Positions 39,339 through 49,175 of a DNA stretch of 64,000 bases are shown here, piece by piece. This stretch comes from Cyanophyceae cyanobacterium. GTDB lineage: Bacteria; Cyanobacteriota; Cyanobacteriia; Cyanobacteriales; Laspinemataceae. Every line of letters starts with the position of its first letter. Within the stretch, counting starts at the first letter, position 1. The notes beneath the pieces are model-generated. The model searched no databases, had not been told where the DNA came from, and saw nothing but the letters and a program-made list of their open reading frames with translations. The translations under genes and the position numbers were made by a program. The stretch covers positions 1-64,000 of the forward strand of contig JBBQFN010000003.1 in the NCBI GenBank assembly GCA_038321985.1, given 5' to 3'.

Positions 39339-40607
39339 TTACCCCTCTTCCCCCAGGGGTTGGATGCGCCGCGATGGAACTTCTTGCCAGAACAGAAGAA
39401 AGGCGATCAAACCGGCCATCAACTGAAGGCCGCCAAAAAGGGTTAGAGATACCTCAAATCCAAAGTTGAGTAACTCTCCAAAGATTAGGCTACCCACCCC
39501 AAATCCCGTAAACAAAGTAAAGACTTTGAGTCCCATTGTTTGACCCAAACTATTGTCATCGCCTAAGTCCGTGACGATACCGACAAATAAAGGTTGAGTC
39601 AAGTCATAACCCAAAGATAAAACCAAAACCGCTACTGTCGTTACAGTGGCAGGAATATCAAAAATCATGACAATCCCAGCTAAGGCAGACATGACTAACC
39701 CTGACGGAATCAGCCAACGACGTCCCCATCGATCCACCGCGCGACCAATCAAGGAACTCAGCAACAACCCCGGAATACCGTAGCCTAAAATGGTCAAACC
39801 AATGCTCAAAGCATCCATTTGATAGCGTTGGGACAAGTACAATCCCAGCCAGGTATAGACACCGGAATGATAGATACCATTCCACAAAACGTAGGCATAA
39901 GTCCGCTGTCCTCGAAAACTGGCTAAGATCTGACGATATCCCCCAAATATGTGGCGAATGGACGGGAGAGTTTCTGGATTGGGACTGTCGAATAGGTCAC
40001 CATAACGACCCATCCGCCACAATACCAAAGCGGCCAAAATAGCGGTACCCACAAAGAGCGATCGCCACCCCACAAACGGTTCAAGAATAGCACCCCCGGC
40101 AGAACCGGCGGCCATTCCGCCTTCCATTGCTGCAAATACTAATCCGAGTTTGCTGCCTCTTTGTTCAAAGGGGAATAAATCAGCAATTAATGCAAAGGTC
40201 AAGGGAATCACGCCACTTGCTCCAATCCCGGTTAGCAGACGCCACATCGCCATTTGTGATGCGGTTTGAGCGGTTGCGGTTAACGCTGTGCAGATCACAA
40301 AAATTGCCAAAGACAAACGAATAACAGGCCATCGTCCAAATCGATCGGAAATCACCCCGTAGAACAATGCCATCAGGGCGTAAGATAGCATATAGGTGGG
40401 GACAATAAAGCCAATTTCCTGAACTGGAACGTTAAAGACTTCAGCCAAACGGGGAATCAAGGGAGCTATCATGTATCCCTGTAGAAAAATTAAACCCGCA
40501 GCGATCGATAATAAGGTAAACAGGTTTTTATGCTGCTTCAAACGAATCGTGCGATCGGCTGCTTCAATATGAGGCCGTTGCTCAAAATTTGCTGGGCGAT
40601 TTGGCAT
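39339..40607 (-). CDS. MFS transporter (YnfM/DHA-like)
   Basis: About 12 TM segments; ISDRFGRW and AVDRWGRR motif A in both halves. Confidence 0.9.
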   Translation of the reverse strand: MPNRPANFEQRPHIEAADRTIRLKQHKNLFTLLSIAAGLIFLQGYMIAPLIPRLAEVFNVPVQEIGFIVPTYMLSYALMALFYGVISDRFGRWPVIRLSLAIFVICTALTATAQTASQMAMWRLLTGIGASGVIPLTFALIADLFPFEQRGSKLGLVFAAMEGGMAAGSAGGAILEPFVGWRSLFVGTAILAALVLWRMGRYGDLFDSPNPETLPSIRHIFGGYRQILASFRGQRTYAYVLWNGIYHSGVYTWLGLYLSQRYQMDALSIGLTILGYGIPGLLLSSLIGRAVDRWGRRWLIPSGLVMSALAGIVMIFDIPATVTTVAVLVLSLGYDLTQPLFVGIVTDLGDDNSLGQTMGLKVFTLFTGFGVGSLIFGELLNFGFEVSLTLFGGLQLMAGLIAFLLFWQEVPSRRIQPLGEEG

Positions 40608-41382
40608 GAATTTTAGCTCTTTTAACTTAACTGCAGGCCCTGCTTATTTGGATTAAAACTTGGAAAAATTCAGCTTCTTCACTCCATGACAGAAATAGCC
40701 ATATTGCACCCGCTATCAACGGGTTTGACGCCAAAAAATGAGCAGGGCTTTCGGGAAAATTTGACGATAAAATCGTTTTTCATGGGAAAGGGTGCAATAT
40801 TTCCGAGAAATGAGGCCCACAAAGTCAAGAAACTATGACAATAATTTTACCACCCGTTACTTTGTTTTAAAAAGTGCTACTAATCACAAATATTAATCAT
40901 TGCTATTAGCTTAGCTTTTTATTGGCTCCTTTTTTGGGGGGACTGCGGGTAGCGGTGAAGAGGCAATTGATAATTTTGGGAATATCATTTTGGGGCTAAT
41001 CTGAATGACGAATATTCAATTTTTTATGTTAACTTTATTCAAAGATAATATTAATTCAGGAAATTTACTAATAAAAATTGAGGATTGTACGATAAATTCC
41101 AACTATTTTTTAAAAAAATGTAGTCTATAGAAGGAAATTTTTAATAAGAATTAAAAGCCTTGAAAGGAACATTCGCGAGTTGGAAAGGGGAGGCGATCGC
41201 CGCTTTGGGGACCCGATGGAGGAAAGATTGAAGTGCGATCGCTCCTGAATTGGCCCTTCCCAGCCGAATAACATAAGCCATTCGGTGATATCCTGTTGCA
41301 CACTAGCCTCAGTGTGGGGAACTTATCCCCTACACTGGCGACAGGAACTCCCACACAGACCGCAAGATTTGAGGCGTTTGAG

Positions 41383-42456
41383 ATGAAAGCACTAATTCTT
41401 TCTGGTGGAAAAGGTACCCGCCTGCGACCCCTAACCTACTCCGGTGCTAAACAGCTAGTGCCGGTCGCCAATAAACCGATCCTGTGGTATGGCATTGAAG
41501 GAATTGTGGCCGCAGGAATTACGGATATTGGAATTATTATCAGTCCGGAAACGGGCGAAGAGGTAAAATCCCTGACCGGCAATGGCGATCGCTTCGGTGC
41601 CAACATTACCTATATTTTACAAGACCAACCGGCAGGTTTGGCTCATGCGGTTAAAATCGCTCGCCCGTTTTTAGGGGATGCTCCATTTATTATGTATCTT
41701 GGGGATAACCTAATTCAACGACCGCTCAATCCCTTTTTGGATAAGTTTAAAGAAGAAAAACTCGATGCTTTAATTCTGCTGCGACCTGTGTTAAATCCGA
41801 GCGCTTTTGGGGTTGCAAAAGTAGATAGCAAAGGCAAAGTTTTGGAGTTGATTGAAAAACCAAAAGACCCGCCGTCTAATTTAGCCCTAGTCGGAATTTA
41901 CTTTTTTTCCCCTAATATTCACGATGCGATCGCCGATATCCAACCCTCGGCGCGGGGAGAATTAGAAATTACCGATGCGATTCAGCGCCTCATCGATTGG
42001 AAAACCTTAGTCGAATCCTGTACCTTAGAAGGGTGGTGGTTAGATACGGGGAAAAAAGATGACCTCCTCGAAGCCAATCGGATCATTCTTGATACTCAAC
42101 TGGTGGCACAGAATCAAGCTGAAGTTGATTCCCCCAGTCAAATTATTGGGCGAGTTCAAATTGGGGCGGGAACGAAAGTAATTAATAGTTCAATTCGGGG
42201 TCCCGTCATTATTGGCGAAAATTGTTATATAGAAAATTGCTTTATCGGTCCTTATAGCAGTATCGCCGATCATGTTAAGTTAATTGAAGCGGATTTAGAA
42301 CATAGTGTGGTCTTACATAGCGCTCAAATTATCGGCATTCATCAACGATTGGTAGATAGTGTCATCGGTAGGCGAGCGCAATTGACGAGCGCCCCCCGAC
42401 GTCCAAAAGCGTTACGGTTTATGATTGGCGATGATTCTCATATTGAATTACCCTAA
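41383..42456 (+). CDS. Glucose-1-phosphate thymidylyltransferase, long form (RmlA/RfbA function)
   Basis: LSGGKGTRLRPLT, KQLVPVANKP, PAGLAHAV, YLGDN, SARGELEITD; C-terminal left-handed beta-helix. Confidence 0.93.
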   Translation: MKALILSGGKGTRLRPLTYSGAKQLVPVANKPILWYGIEGIVAAGITDIGIIISPETGEEVKSLTGNGDRFGANITYILQDQPAGLAHAVKIARPFLGDAPFIMYLGDNLIQRPLNPFLDKFKEEKLDALILLRPVLNPSAFGVAKVDSKGKVLELIEKPKDPPSNLALVGIYFFSPNIHDAIADIQPSARGELEITDAIQRLIDWKTLVESCTLEGWWLDTGKKDDLLEANRIILDTQLVAQNQAEVDSPSQIIGRVQIGAGTKVINSSIRGPVIIGENCYIENCFIGPYSSIADHVKLIEADLEHSVVLHSAQIIGIHQRLVDSVIGRRAQLTSAPRRPKALRFMIGDDSHIELP

Positions 42457-42562
42457 TTTGACCGAATGAAAGCGCCAGGATGAAGGATGAATTTTCCGGA
42501 TTCGGTTTATCCTTCATCCTTCCAGTAAACCGGTCAAAAATCCGAGAGGATATCAACGTCAG

Positions 42563-43465
42563 GTGATTTATTTTGTAACCGTCAATTATTATTCCGCAGA
42601 ATTAATTAATAAATTAGTCCAATCCATTGAGGAACAGGCTAGTCTTGAATATCGGGTGATTATTGTTAACAATTCCCCGGACGACTGCTCGATTTACGGG
42701 GTGGAACGAGAGTCTACTGTAATTTTGGAATCTGGGGAAAATCTGGGGTTTGGTGCGGGGTGCAATCTTGGACTCCACTGGGTATATCAGCAAGATCCCC
42801 AAGGAATTGTCTGGTTAATCAATCCGGATACTCTCGTGCGATCGGCAGGATGGGACAAAGTTCCGAATTTGTTCGCAATGAATCCTGAAGTGTCCATTTT
42901 AGGTACAATTGTTTATGAACCCACCGGCAATCTTTGGTTTGCGGGTGGGGTGTTTATTCCGAGTCAGGGTGCGATTCTGGAAAAAAACCTGTTAAGCCTA
43001 GACAACAGTGGGGATTATGTTCCTTGCGACTGGGTAACGGGTTGCAGTTTATTAATCAATTTCAAAAATTTTTCAGACTGTCCTACCTTTGACCCCGATT
43101 ACTTTCTCTATTATGAAGATTTTGATTTTTGTAGACGCTATGCCGCACAAGGGCATATTATCGGGGTAACTCCTAAATTAAGCCTGATTCATTCTCCATC
43201 CTCCATTGCAGATACTCAGGTTAAAAATAAATTCAAACACAGTACCTACAGCTATTTACGAACGATGGAAAAGTACAGTCCAAAAAGAGTTTTAATCGGG
43301 CGATTGTTTCGTTTAATTGGAAATGCCATAATTTTGAGTTTTTTCAAACCCGATATTGCCTGGGGGAAGTTTGCCGGGGTGGTGCAATATTGCCAGCGAT
43401 CGCCCCTGCTCAAAACAGCACTCACTCGGCTATTAAATTTGAAACCCACCAGTGCCGGGTGTTGA
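42563..43465 (+). CDS. GT2 glycosyltransferase (WbbL/rhamnosyltransferase-like)
   Basis: VTVNYY, NLGFGAGCN, LINPD, WVTGCSLL, FLYYEDFDFC. Confidence 0.88.
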   Translation: MIYFVTVNYYSAELINKLVQSIEEQASLEYRVIIVNNSPDDCSIYGVERESTVILESGENLGFGAGCNLGLHWVYQQDPQGIVWLINPDTLVRSAGWDKVPNLFAMNPEVSILGTIVYEPTGNLWFAGGVFIPSQGAILEKNLLSLDNSGDYVPCDWVTGCSLLINFKNFSDCPTFDPDYFLYYEDFDFCRRYAAQGHIIGVTPKLSLIHSPSSIADTQVKNKFKHSTYSYLRTMEKYSPKRVLIGRLFRLIGNAIILSFFKPDIAWGKFAGVVQYCQRSPLLKTALTRLLNLKPTSAGC

Positions 43466-43537
43466 CTTTGGATAGAACAACCGCGTTCGCTCTTGACCTG
43501 TCGTTGGACGTCACGCAAAAATCCGAGGTGTACGCTC

Positions 43538-44608
43538 TTGAGTTCCCTGTCCATTAATCTGTCATTTTTAATTCCCCAGCCCACGGGGATTACCACTTAT
43601 GCTAACCAAATTGTACCTCATCTGAACTCTTTGGATCCTACCTTATTAGTAGGACAGGAATTACCTGCTTATAATTGTTATTTAGTGCCTGATGATTTAA
43701 CCCCAGACTATGGAAAAAAAGGGCATTTAAAGCGTCTATGGTGGACTCAACAACAGCTTCCTAAAATTTATAAAACCTTACGATCGCAACTCCTATTTTC
43801 CCCAGTGCCGGAAGCTCCTTTGTTTTCCTCCTGTCGCTCTGTGGTCATGGTTCACGATTTTATTCCCCTGCGATTTCCCAATAAACGGTCTCCCTTAACT
43901 TATTATCATCGCTATTATATCCCCCTAGTTTTGCAACAAGCTACTCATATTATCTGCAATTCAATGTCCACCGCACGAGATATTAGTAATTTTTGTAAGA
44001 TCTCGCCTCGTAAAATCACCCCCATTCCCTTGGGATACGATGCAGATAATTTTAAATTTTTAAACCTGCCCGTTAGTAATTATTTTCTCTATGTGGGTCG
44101 CTGTGACCCCTATAAAAATCTGCATCGATTAATCGCAGCATTTGCCAATTTAGCCCCGGGTTCAGACTATGACTTGTGGTTAGCCGGTTCAGGGGATCCA
44201 CGCTACAGTCCAGCGCTCAAGCAACAAGTGAAAGAGTTGGGATTGTGTGAGCGAGTAAAATTTCTGGAATATGTACCCTACGAGAAGTTGCCCGTGCTCA
44301 TGAATCAAGCGATCGCCTTGGTATTTCCTTCCTTGTGGGAGGGATTTGGTTTGCCGGCCCTAGAAGCAATGGCCTGTGGAACCCCGGTGATTACTTCAAA
44401 TCGCTCTTCCCTGCCGGAAGTGACTGGGGATGCCGGGATATTAGTCGATCCGTACAATATTCGAGAAATTTCTAGTGCTATGCTTGCGGTGGCCCTGGGT
44501 TCAACGACGCGGCTGCGCCTGCGGGAACTGGGTTTAGCCCGCGCAAGTCAGTTTAGTTGGTCTCAAACCGGAATCTCCACAGGAGAAATTTTGAAAGACT
44601 ACCTTTAA
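43538..44608 (+). CDS. GT4 glycosyltransferase
   Basis: TGITTYA, MVHDFIP, PYKNL, FPSLWEGFGLPALEAMACG; TTG start inferred. Confidence 0.9.
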   Translation: MSSLSINLSFLIPQPTGITTYANQIVPHLNSLDPTLLVGQELPAYNCYLVPDDLTPDYGKKGHLKRLWWTQQQLPKIYKTLRSQLLFSPVPEAPLFSSCRSVVMVHDFIPLRFPNKRSPLTYYHRYYIPLVLQQATHIICNSMSTARDISNFCKISPRKITPIPLGYDADNFKFLNLPVSNYFLYVGRCDPYKNLHRLIAAFANLAPGSDYDLWLAGSGDPRYSPALKQQVKELGLCERVKFLEYVPYEKLPVLMNQAIALVFPSLWEGFGLPALEAMACGTPVITSNRSSLPEVTGDAGILVDPYNIREISSAMLAVALGSTTRLRLRELGLARASQFSWSQTGISTGEILKDYL

Positions 44609-44792
44609 AAATGAAGGCACAAGGATAAAGGATGACTCGAAAATTCATCCGTCCTTCATCCTTCCCTATAGAGACTCTTAAACGGCTTACCTCCGGATTT
44701 CAGTTTTTTATCCGTGTTTAGTAGGATATTTCTGTGGAAATGCTATTCTCCACAGTGAATCTATTATTAGTGTGTGTGGAGTGAATAAAATT

Positions 44793-46328
44793 ATGGTAAC
44801 AACTCCAGCCTGGACGCAGGGCTCTGGATCGAACGGCTCATCATTAACCCTAACTGCGGTGAATGGGTCTAAATCTGTACAAAACCCCAAACCGATTGTC
44901 GGGAAAGAGGTTATCAATCGCTTCTCGGTAGTAGAAACTGGAATTTACCTGCCTAATACTCCCTTATTTGGAACCGATGGAATTCGCGGTCGAGTAGGAG
45001 ATTTTCTAAATGCACCCCTCGCCTTGCAGGTCGGATTTTGGGCCGGACAGGTCCTCAAAGCCCAAATTGGGACAACAGGTCCGATTATTTTAGGGCAAGA
45101 TTCTCGAAATTCTAGCGATATGTTAGCAATGGCCCTCTCTGCGGGCCTGACGTCGGCAGGTTTAGAGGTCTGGAATTTAGGGTTATGTCCAACCCCCTGC
45201 GTTGCTTACTTGACCAGCGTTTCTGAGGCCATTGGTGGGGTGATGATTTCTGCGAGTCACAATCCCCCGGGGGATAATGGAATTAAGTTTTTTGGGTCTG
45301 AGGGAACGAAGCTACCTGCCTCCGTGCAAAAGCAGATTGAAGCCGGTATCCGAGGTCAGATGGATACCGCAGGTGCGACAGGTATCTGGGGACATCAGTA
45401 TTATAGGCCCGAGTTAGTGGCGGATTATGCTAGGGCGTTGCAACTCCCCTTGATATATGGGGCTGGTAATGAGGAATTGCCCTTACAGGGAATGCGGATT
45501 GTTTTAGATTTGGCCTGGGGTGCAGCCGCGATGTTGGCACCGGAGGTGTTTAAGGCATTAGGGGCTGAAATTATCTGCTTGCACGATCGCCCGGATGGCG
45601 ATCGGATTAATGTAGGCTGCGGTTCTACCTATCTAGATGTACTCCAATCCTCCGTCAAGGCATACAATGCCGATATGGGCTTTGCCTTTGATGGCGACGC
45701 CGATCGCGTGTTAGGGGTGGATGATAAAGGCCGTCCCATCGATGGGGATTATATTCTATATTTGTGGGGAAACACCCTTCAACAGTCCGGGCAACTCCCC
45801 GACTCAACGATTGTTGCTACAGTTATGTCTAACTTGGGATTTGAAAGGGCCTGGGAAAAACAGGGCGGTACACTGCTGCGCACTCCCGTCGGCGATCAGC
45901 ACGTCCATGCCGAGATGCTTCGCACCGGGTCAATGTTAGGGGGTGAACAATCCGGTCACATCCTCTGTCGTCACTATGGCGTGACTGGGGATGGGGTAAT
46001 GACGGCCCTCCATATCGCCAGTGTAGTTCGGAAAAATGGCGGTTCCCTGGCGCAGATGGTAGATGAGAGTTTTCAGACCTATCCGCAACTGTTGCGGAAT
46101 GTCCGGGTAGAAGACCGCGATCGCCGGATGGATTGGGAAAGTTGCGAACCCGTGCAAACTGCGATCGAGCAGGCTACCGCTGCAATGGGCGATCAGGGTC
46201 GGATTTTAGTCCGGGCCTCGGGTACTGAACCCTTGATCCGGGTGATGGTGGAAGCCGCAACTGCGGAATTGGCTAACCACTGGACCGAAAATTTAGTTCG
46301 AGTTGTGGAGCAACATTTGGCCGCTTAG
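44793..46328 (+). CDS. glmM: Phosphoglucosamine mutase
   Basis: [45 protein letters not shown]. Confidence 0.95.
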   Translation: MVTTPAWTQGSGSNGSSLTLTAVNGSKSVQNPKPIVGKEVINRFSVVETGIYLPNTPLFGTDGIRGRVGDFLNAPLALQVGFWAGQVLKAQIGTTGPIILGQDSRNSSDMLAMALSAGLTSAGLEVWNLGLCPTPCVAYLTSVSEAIGGVMISASHNPPGDNGIKFFGSEGTKLPASVQKQIEAGIRGQMDTAGATGIWGHQYYRPELVADYARALQLPLIYGAGNEELPLQGMRIVLDLAWGAAAMLAPEVFKALGAEIICLHDRPDGDRINVGCGSTYLDVLQSSVKAYNADMGFAFDGDADRVLGVDDKGRPIDGDYILYLWGNTLQQSGQLPDSTIVATVMSNLGFERAWEKQGGTLLRTPVGDQHVHAEMLRTGSMLGGEQSGHILCRHYGVTGDGVMTALHIASVVRKNGGSLAQMVDESFQTYPQLLRNVRVEDRDRRMDWESCEPVQTAIEQATAAMGDQGRILVRASGTEPLIRVMVEAATAELANHWTENLVRVVEQHLAA

Positions 46329-46670
46329 AGTCAAATTATACCGCTAAGTTACATCTTTAAAGTGGAATAAATTTAGAAAAGAAGGCGCGAGCGATCGGGT
46401 CTTCTTTTCTTTGTTGGGAGAGAAGTTCGTTGGGTAGAGGCCAGGGAAAAAGGCGATATCGCGGGGGCTGACCCTTTAGCTGGCTATTTTAGTTTTGAGT
46501 GGCTTTCGCGCTATCCTAGGGCACAAAGGCGATCGCTTGAACTGAAACCCTGGACATCTGGAGGAAACCCGGGGCCAGTTAGCAAGGAACCGTACCCCGG
46601 TGATTGACCTTTTGTTGATAACTTGAACATCATCTGTTAAGAAAGGACAGACCCGACTCAAAAGTAAGTT

Positions 46671-47870
46671 ATGGATGATTCAGAATTAGAGGTTTTACTC
46701 TTCAATGGCGAAGCTGATCGAATAGAACGAAAATCTTCGCTATCCGATCGCAGTGCAATACGTCAGGCTATTTGTGCGTTTGCCAAGGACTTGCCCAACT
46801 ATCAAAAACCTGGGGTAGTATTTATTGGGGTGAATGATGGTGATGGGAGTTGTGCCCATCTCCCCGTGACTGACGAACTCTTGCGAACCCTAGCCGATAT
46901 GCGATCCGATGGCAATATTCTGCCGTTTCCAACCCTAACTGTGCAAAAGCGAACCCTAGCTGGTTGTGAATTAGCCGTGGTTATCGTTGAGCCCTCAGAT
47001 GTTCCTCCCGTGCGTTTAAATGGTCGAATTTGGGTGCGCGTTGGAACCCGTCGCGCCACGGCTACCCGTGAAGAAGAACGTCGCCTGTCCGAGAAACGTC
47101 GTTCCAGAGATTTGCCTTTCGATATTCACCCTTTACCGTCTGCCACATTAGACGATTTGAATTTAAACTTATTTCAACAAGAATATTTACCCGCTAGTTT
47201 ACCAGCAGATATTTTAGAACAGAATCAAAGATCCATCGCACAGCAACTCGCTTCAGTTCGGTTTACTAATCGGGTTGAACCTCCGATTTCTCCGACTATC
47301 TTAGGGATGTTAGTCGTTGGCATAAACCCTAGAGCATTTATTCCCGGATCCTACCTGCAATTTTTACGCATTGAAGGAACAGATTTAACCGATCCGATTA
47401 AAGACCAAAAAGAAATTTTTGGAACTCTTTCTCAGGTATTAATACAGTTAGACGAAACTCTACAAACTCATATTTCTATTGCCTCTGATATCACGTCTCA
47501 ATCCCGAGAAATCAAACAACCCGATTATCCGGTAGTGGCTCTACAGCAACTGGTTAGAAACGCCGTATTACATCGCAACTATGAAAGCACGAATGCACCC
47601 GTGCGGATCACTTGGTTTAGCGATCGCATTGAAATTCAAAATCCTGGGGGTCCCTTCGGACAAGTGAACCGGGAGAACTTTGGTCAACCCGGAGTCACAG
47701 ACTACCGCAACCCTAACTTAGCCGAAGCGATGAAAAATTTAGGCTATGTACAAAGATTTGGGATGGGGATTCCACTCGCTCGCAAGGAACTCCAAAAAAA
47801 TGGCAACCCACCCCCAGAATTTATTGTTGAAGATGCTCATTTATTAGTGATTGTCAGGAGACATCCATGA
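46671..47870 (+). CDS. Schlafen/AlbA_2 domain + HATPase_c_4 (RecG-C-like) protein
   Basis: EADRIERK, ICAFAKD..GVVFIGVND; YPVVALQQLVRNAVLHRNY, IEIQNPGG, RNPNLAEAM..LGYVQRFGMG. Confidence 0.85.
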   Translation: MDDSELEVLLFNGEADRIERKSSLSDRSAIRQAICAFAKDLPNYQKPGVVFIGVNDGDGSCAHLPVTDELLRTLADMRSDGNILPFPTLTVQKRTLAGCELAVVIVEPSDVPPVRLNGRIWVRVGTRRATATREEERRLSEKRRSRDLPFDIHPLPSATLDDLNLNLFQQEYLPASLPADILEQNQRSIAQQLASVRFTNRVEPPISPTILGMLVVGINPRAFIPGSYLQFLRIEGTDLTDPIKDQKEIFGTLSQVLIQLDETLQTHISIASDITSQSREIKQPDYPVVALQQLVRNAVLHRNYESTNAPVRITWFSDRIEIQNPGGPFGQVNRENFGQPGVTDYRNPNLAEAMKNLGYVQRFGMGIPLARKELQKNGNPPPEFIVEDAHLLVIVRRHP

Positions 47871-48916
47871 CGGCTCCCATTATTGCTTTTTTTAATAACA
47901 AAGGTGGAGTAGGGAAGACTTCTCTAGTCTATCATCTAGCCTGGATGTATAGCAATTTGGGCTTGCGAGTTCTCGCGGTGGATTTAGACCCCCAAGCGAA
48001 TCTCAGCGCAGCCTTTCTCGATGAAGACCGCTTAGAAGAAATTTGGGAAGGGAAGTCTGCTCCTAATACAATTTTTCGCTGTGTACAGCCTTTAATCCGA
48101 GGCACGGGTGATATTGTAGCGCCTCAACTCGAAATTATTCCGTGGGAGAGCTCCGTTAACGATGAAAATTTAGCCTTATTGGTTGGAGATTTATCTCTGT
48201 CTGGATTTGAGGATGAATTATCTGCGGAATGGCCGGGATGTCTGGATAGAAAAGAACGCTCTTTCCGAGTCATTTCTGCGTTTTATCGACTCATCCAGTC
48301 GGCTGCGGTGAGTCATCAAGCGGATATTGTTTTGGCAGATCTCGGACCCAATTTAGGGGCGATTAATCGGGCGGCTTTGATTGCCTGCGAAGCTGTAGTT
48401 GTCCCTTTATCACCGGATTTATTCTCCTTACAAGGATTAAAAAATTTAGGTCCAACTCTCAAGCGGTGGCGAGAAGAATGGCAAGAACGGGTAGCCAAGA
48501 ATCCTGCGTCTGATTTAAGTCTTCCTCCGGGTAAAATGCAACCCCTAGGATATATTGTTCTCCAGCATTCAGTCCGGCTAGACCGGCCCGTAAAAGCTTA
48601 TCAGCGATGGATTGAGCGAATTCCTGCGGTTTATCGGGAAGCGGTATTATTCCAGGAGAGAGAAAATAGTATTCCCCTGCCAAAAGAAGACCCCTACTGC
48701 TTAGGGTTACTGAAAAATTATCAAAGTCTGATGCCTATGGCTCAAGAAGCTCACAAACCGATGTTTCATTTGAAACCGGCTGATGGAGCGCTTGGTGCTC
48801 ATCTAAATGCAGTCCAAGGGGTTTACGACGCGTTTCAAAAATTGGCGATGAAAATTGCTGAATTAGTGTCCATACCGATCGCATTGCCGCCGACTGGAGA
48901 GGAGTCTAGTCGTTAA
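47867..48916 (+). CDS. Orphan ParA/Soj-like (AAA_31) ATPase
   Basis: FFNNKGGVGKT deviant Walker A, VDLDPQANLS, DLGPNLGAINRAAL, PDLFSLQG; ATGA overlap with the upstream gene. Confidence 0.88.
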   Translation: MTAPIIAFFNNKGGVGKTSLVYHLAWMYSNLGLRVLAVDLDPQANLSAAFLDEDRLEEIWEGKSAPNTIFRCVQPLIRGTGDIVAPQLEIIPWESSVNDENLALLVGDLSLSGFEDELSAEWPGCLDRKERSFRVISAFYRLIQSAAVSHQADIVLADLGPNLGAINRAALIACEAVVVPLSPDLFSLQGLKNLGPTLKRWREEWQERVAKNPASDLSLPPGKMQPLGYIVLQHSVRLDRPVKAYQRWIERIPAVYREAVLFQERENSIPLPKEDPYCLGLLKNYQSLMPMAQEAHKPMFHLKPADGALGAHLNAVQGVYDAFQKLAMKIAELVSIPIALPPTGEESSR

Positions 48917-49175
48917 AAATAGGTGCTTTAGAAGCCTGAAGGGGCTTGATACCGAGGGTAGGCCCGAGTCAGCCGGGGTGCAATTTCTGACGGTGTAATT
49001 TTCTATCTGCCGGGTGATAACGGAGATCGCCATCCCACGAACCTGAATATAGCCGCCCGAGTAGATTTAATGCTATCACTAAGAAATGAATGATCGCGTT
49101 GGTGTAGCCATCAGGAGAGAGAGAGGCCCGCCGGTTCCCGGATCTAATTCCTGGGGAAAAAGTCACCATCGAAAT

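Noticed and set aside
40935..41010. ops/JUMPstart-like or c-di-AMP riboswitch-like sequence upstream of the thymidylyltransferase
   Set aside because: Only partial matches (GCGGGTAGCG; GGGGCTAATC); the remaining conserved elements are absent
47867..48916. Plasmid or prophage partition system
   Set aside because: No ParB, replication or phage genes; flanked by core chromosomal genes
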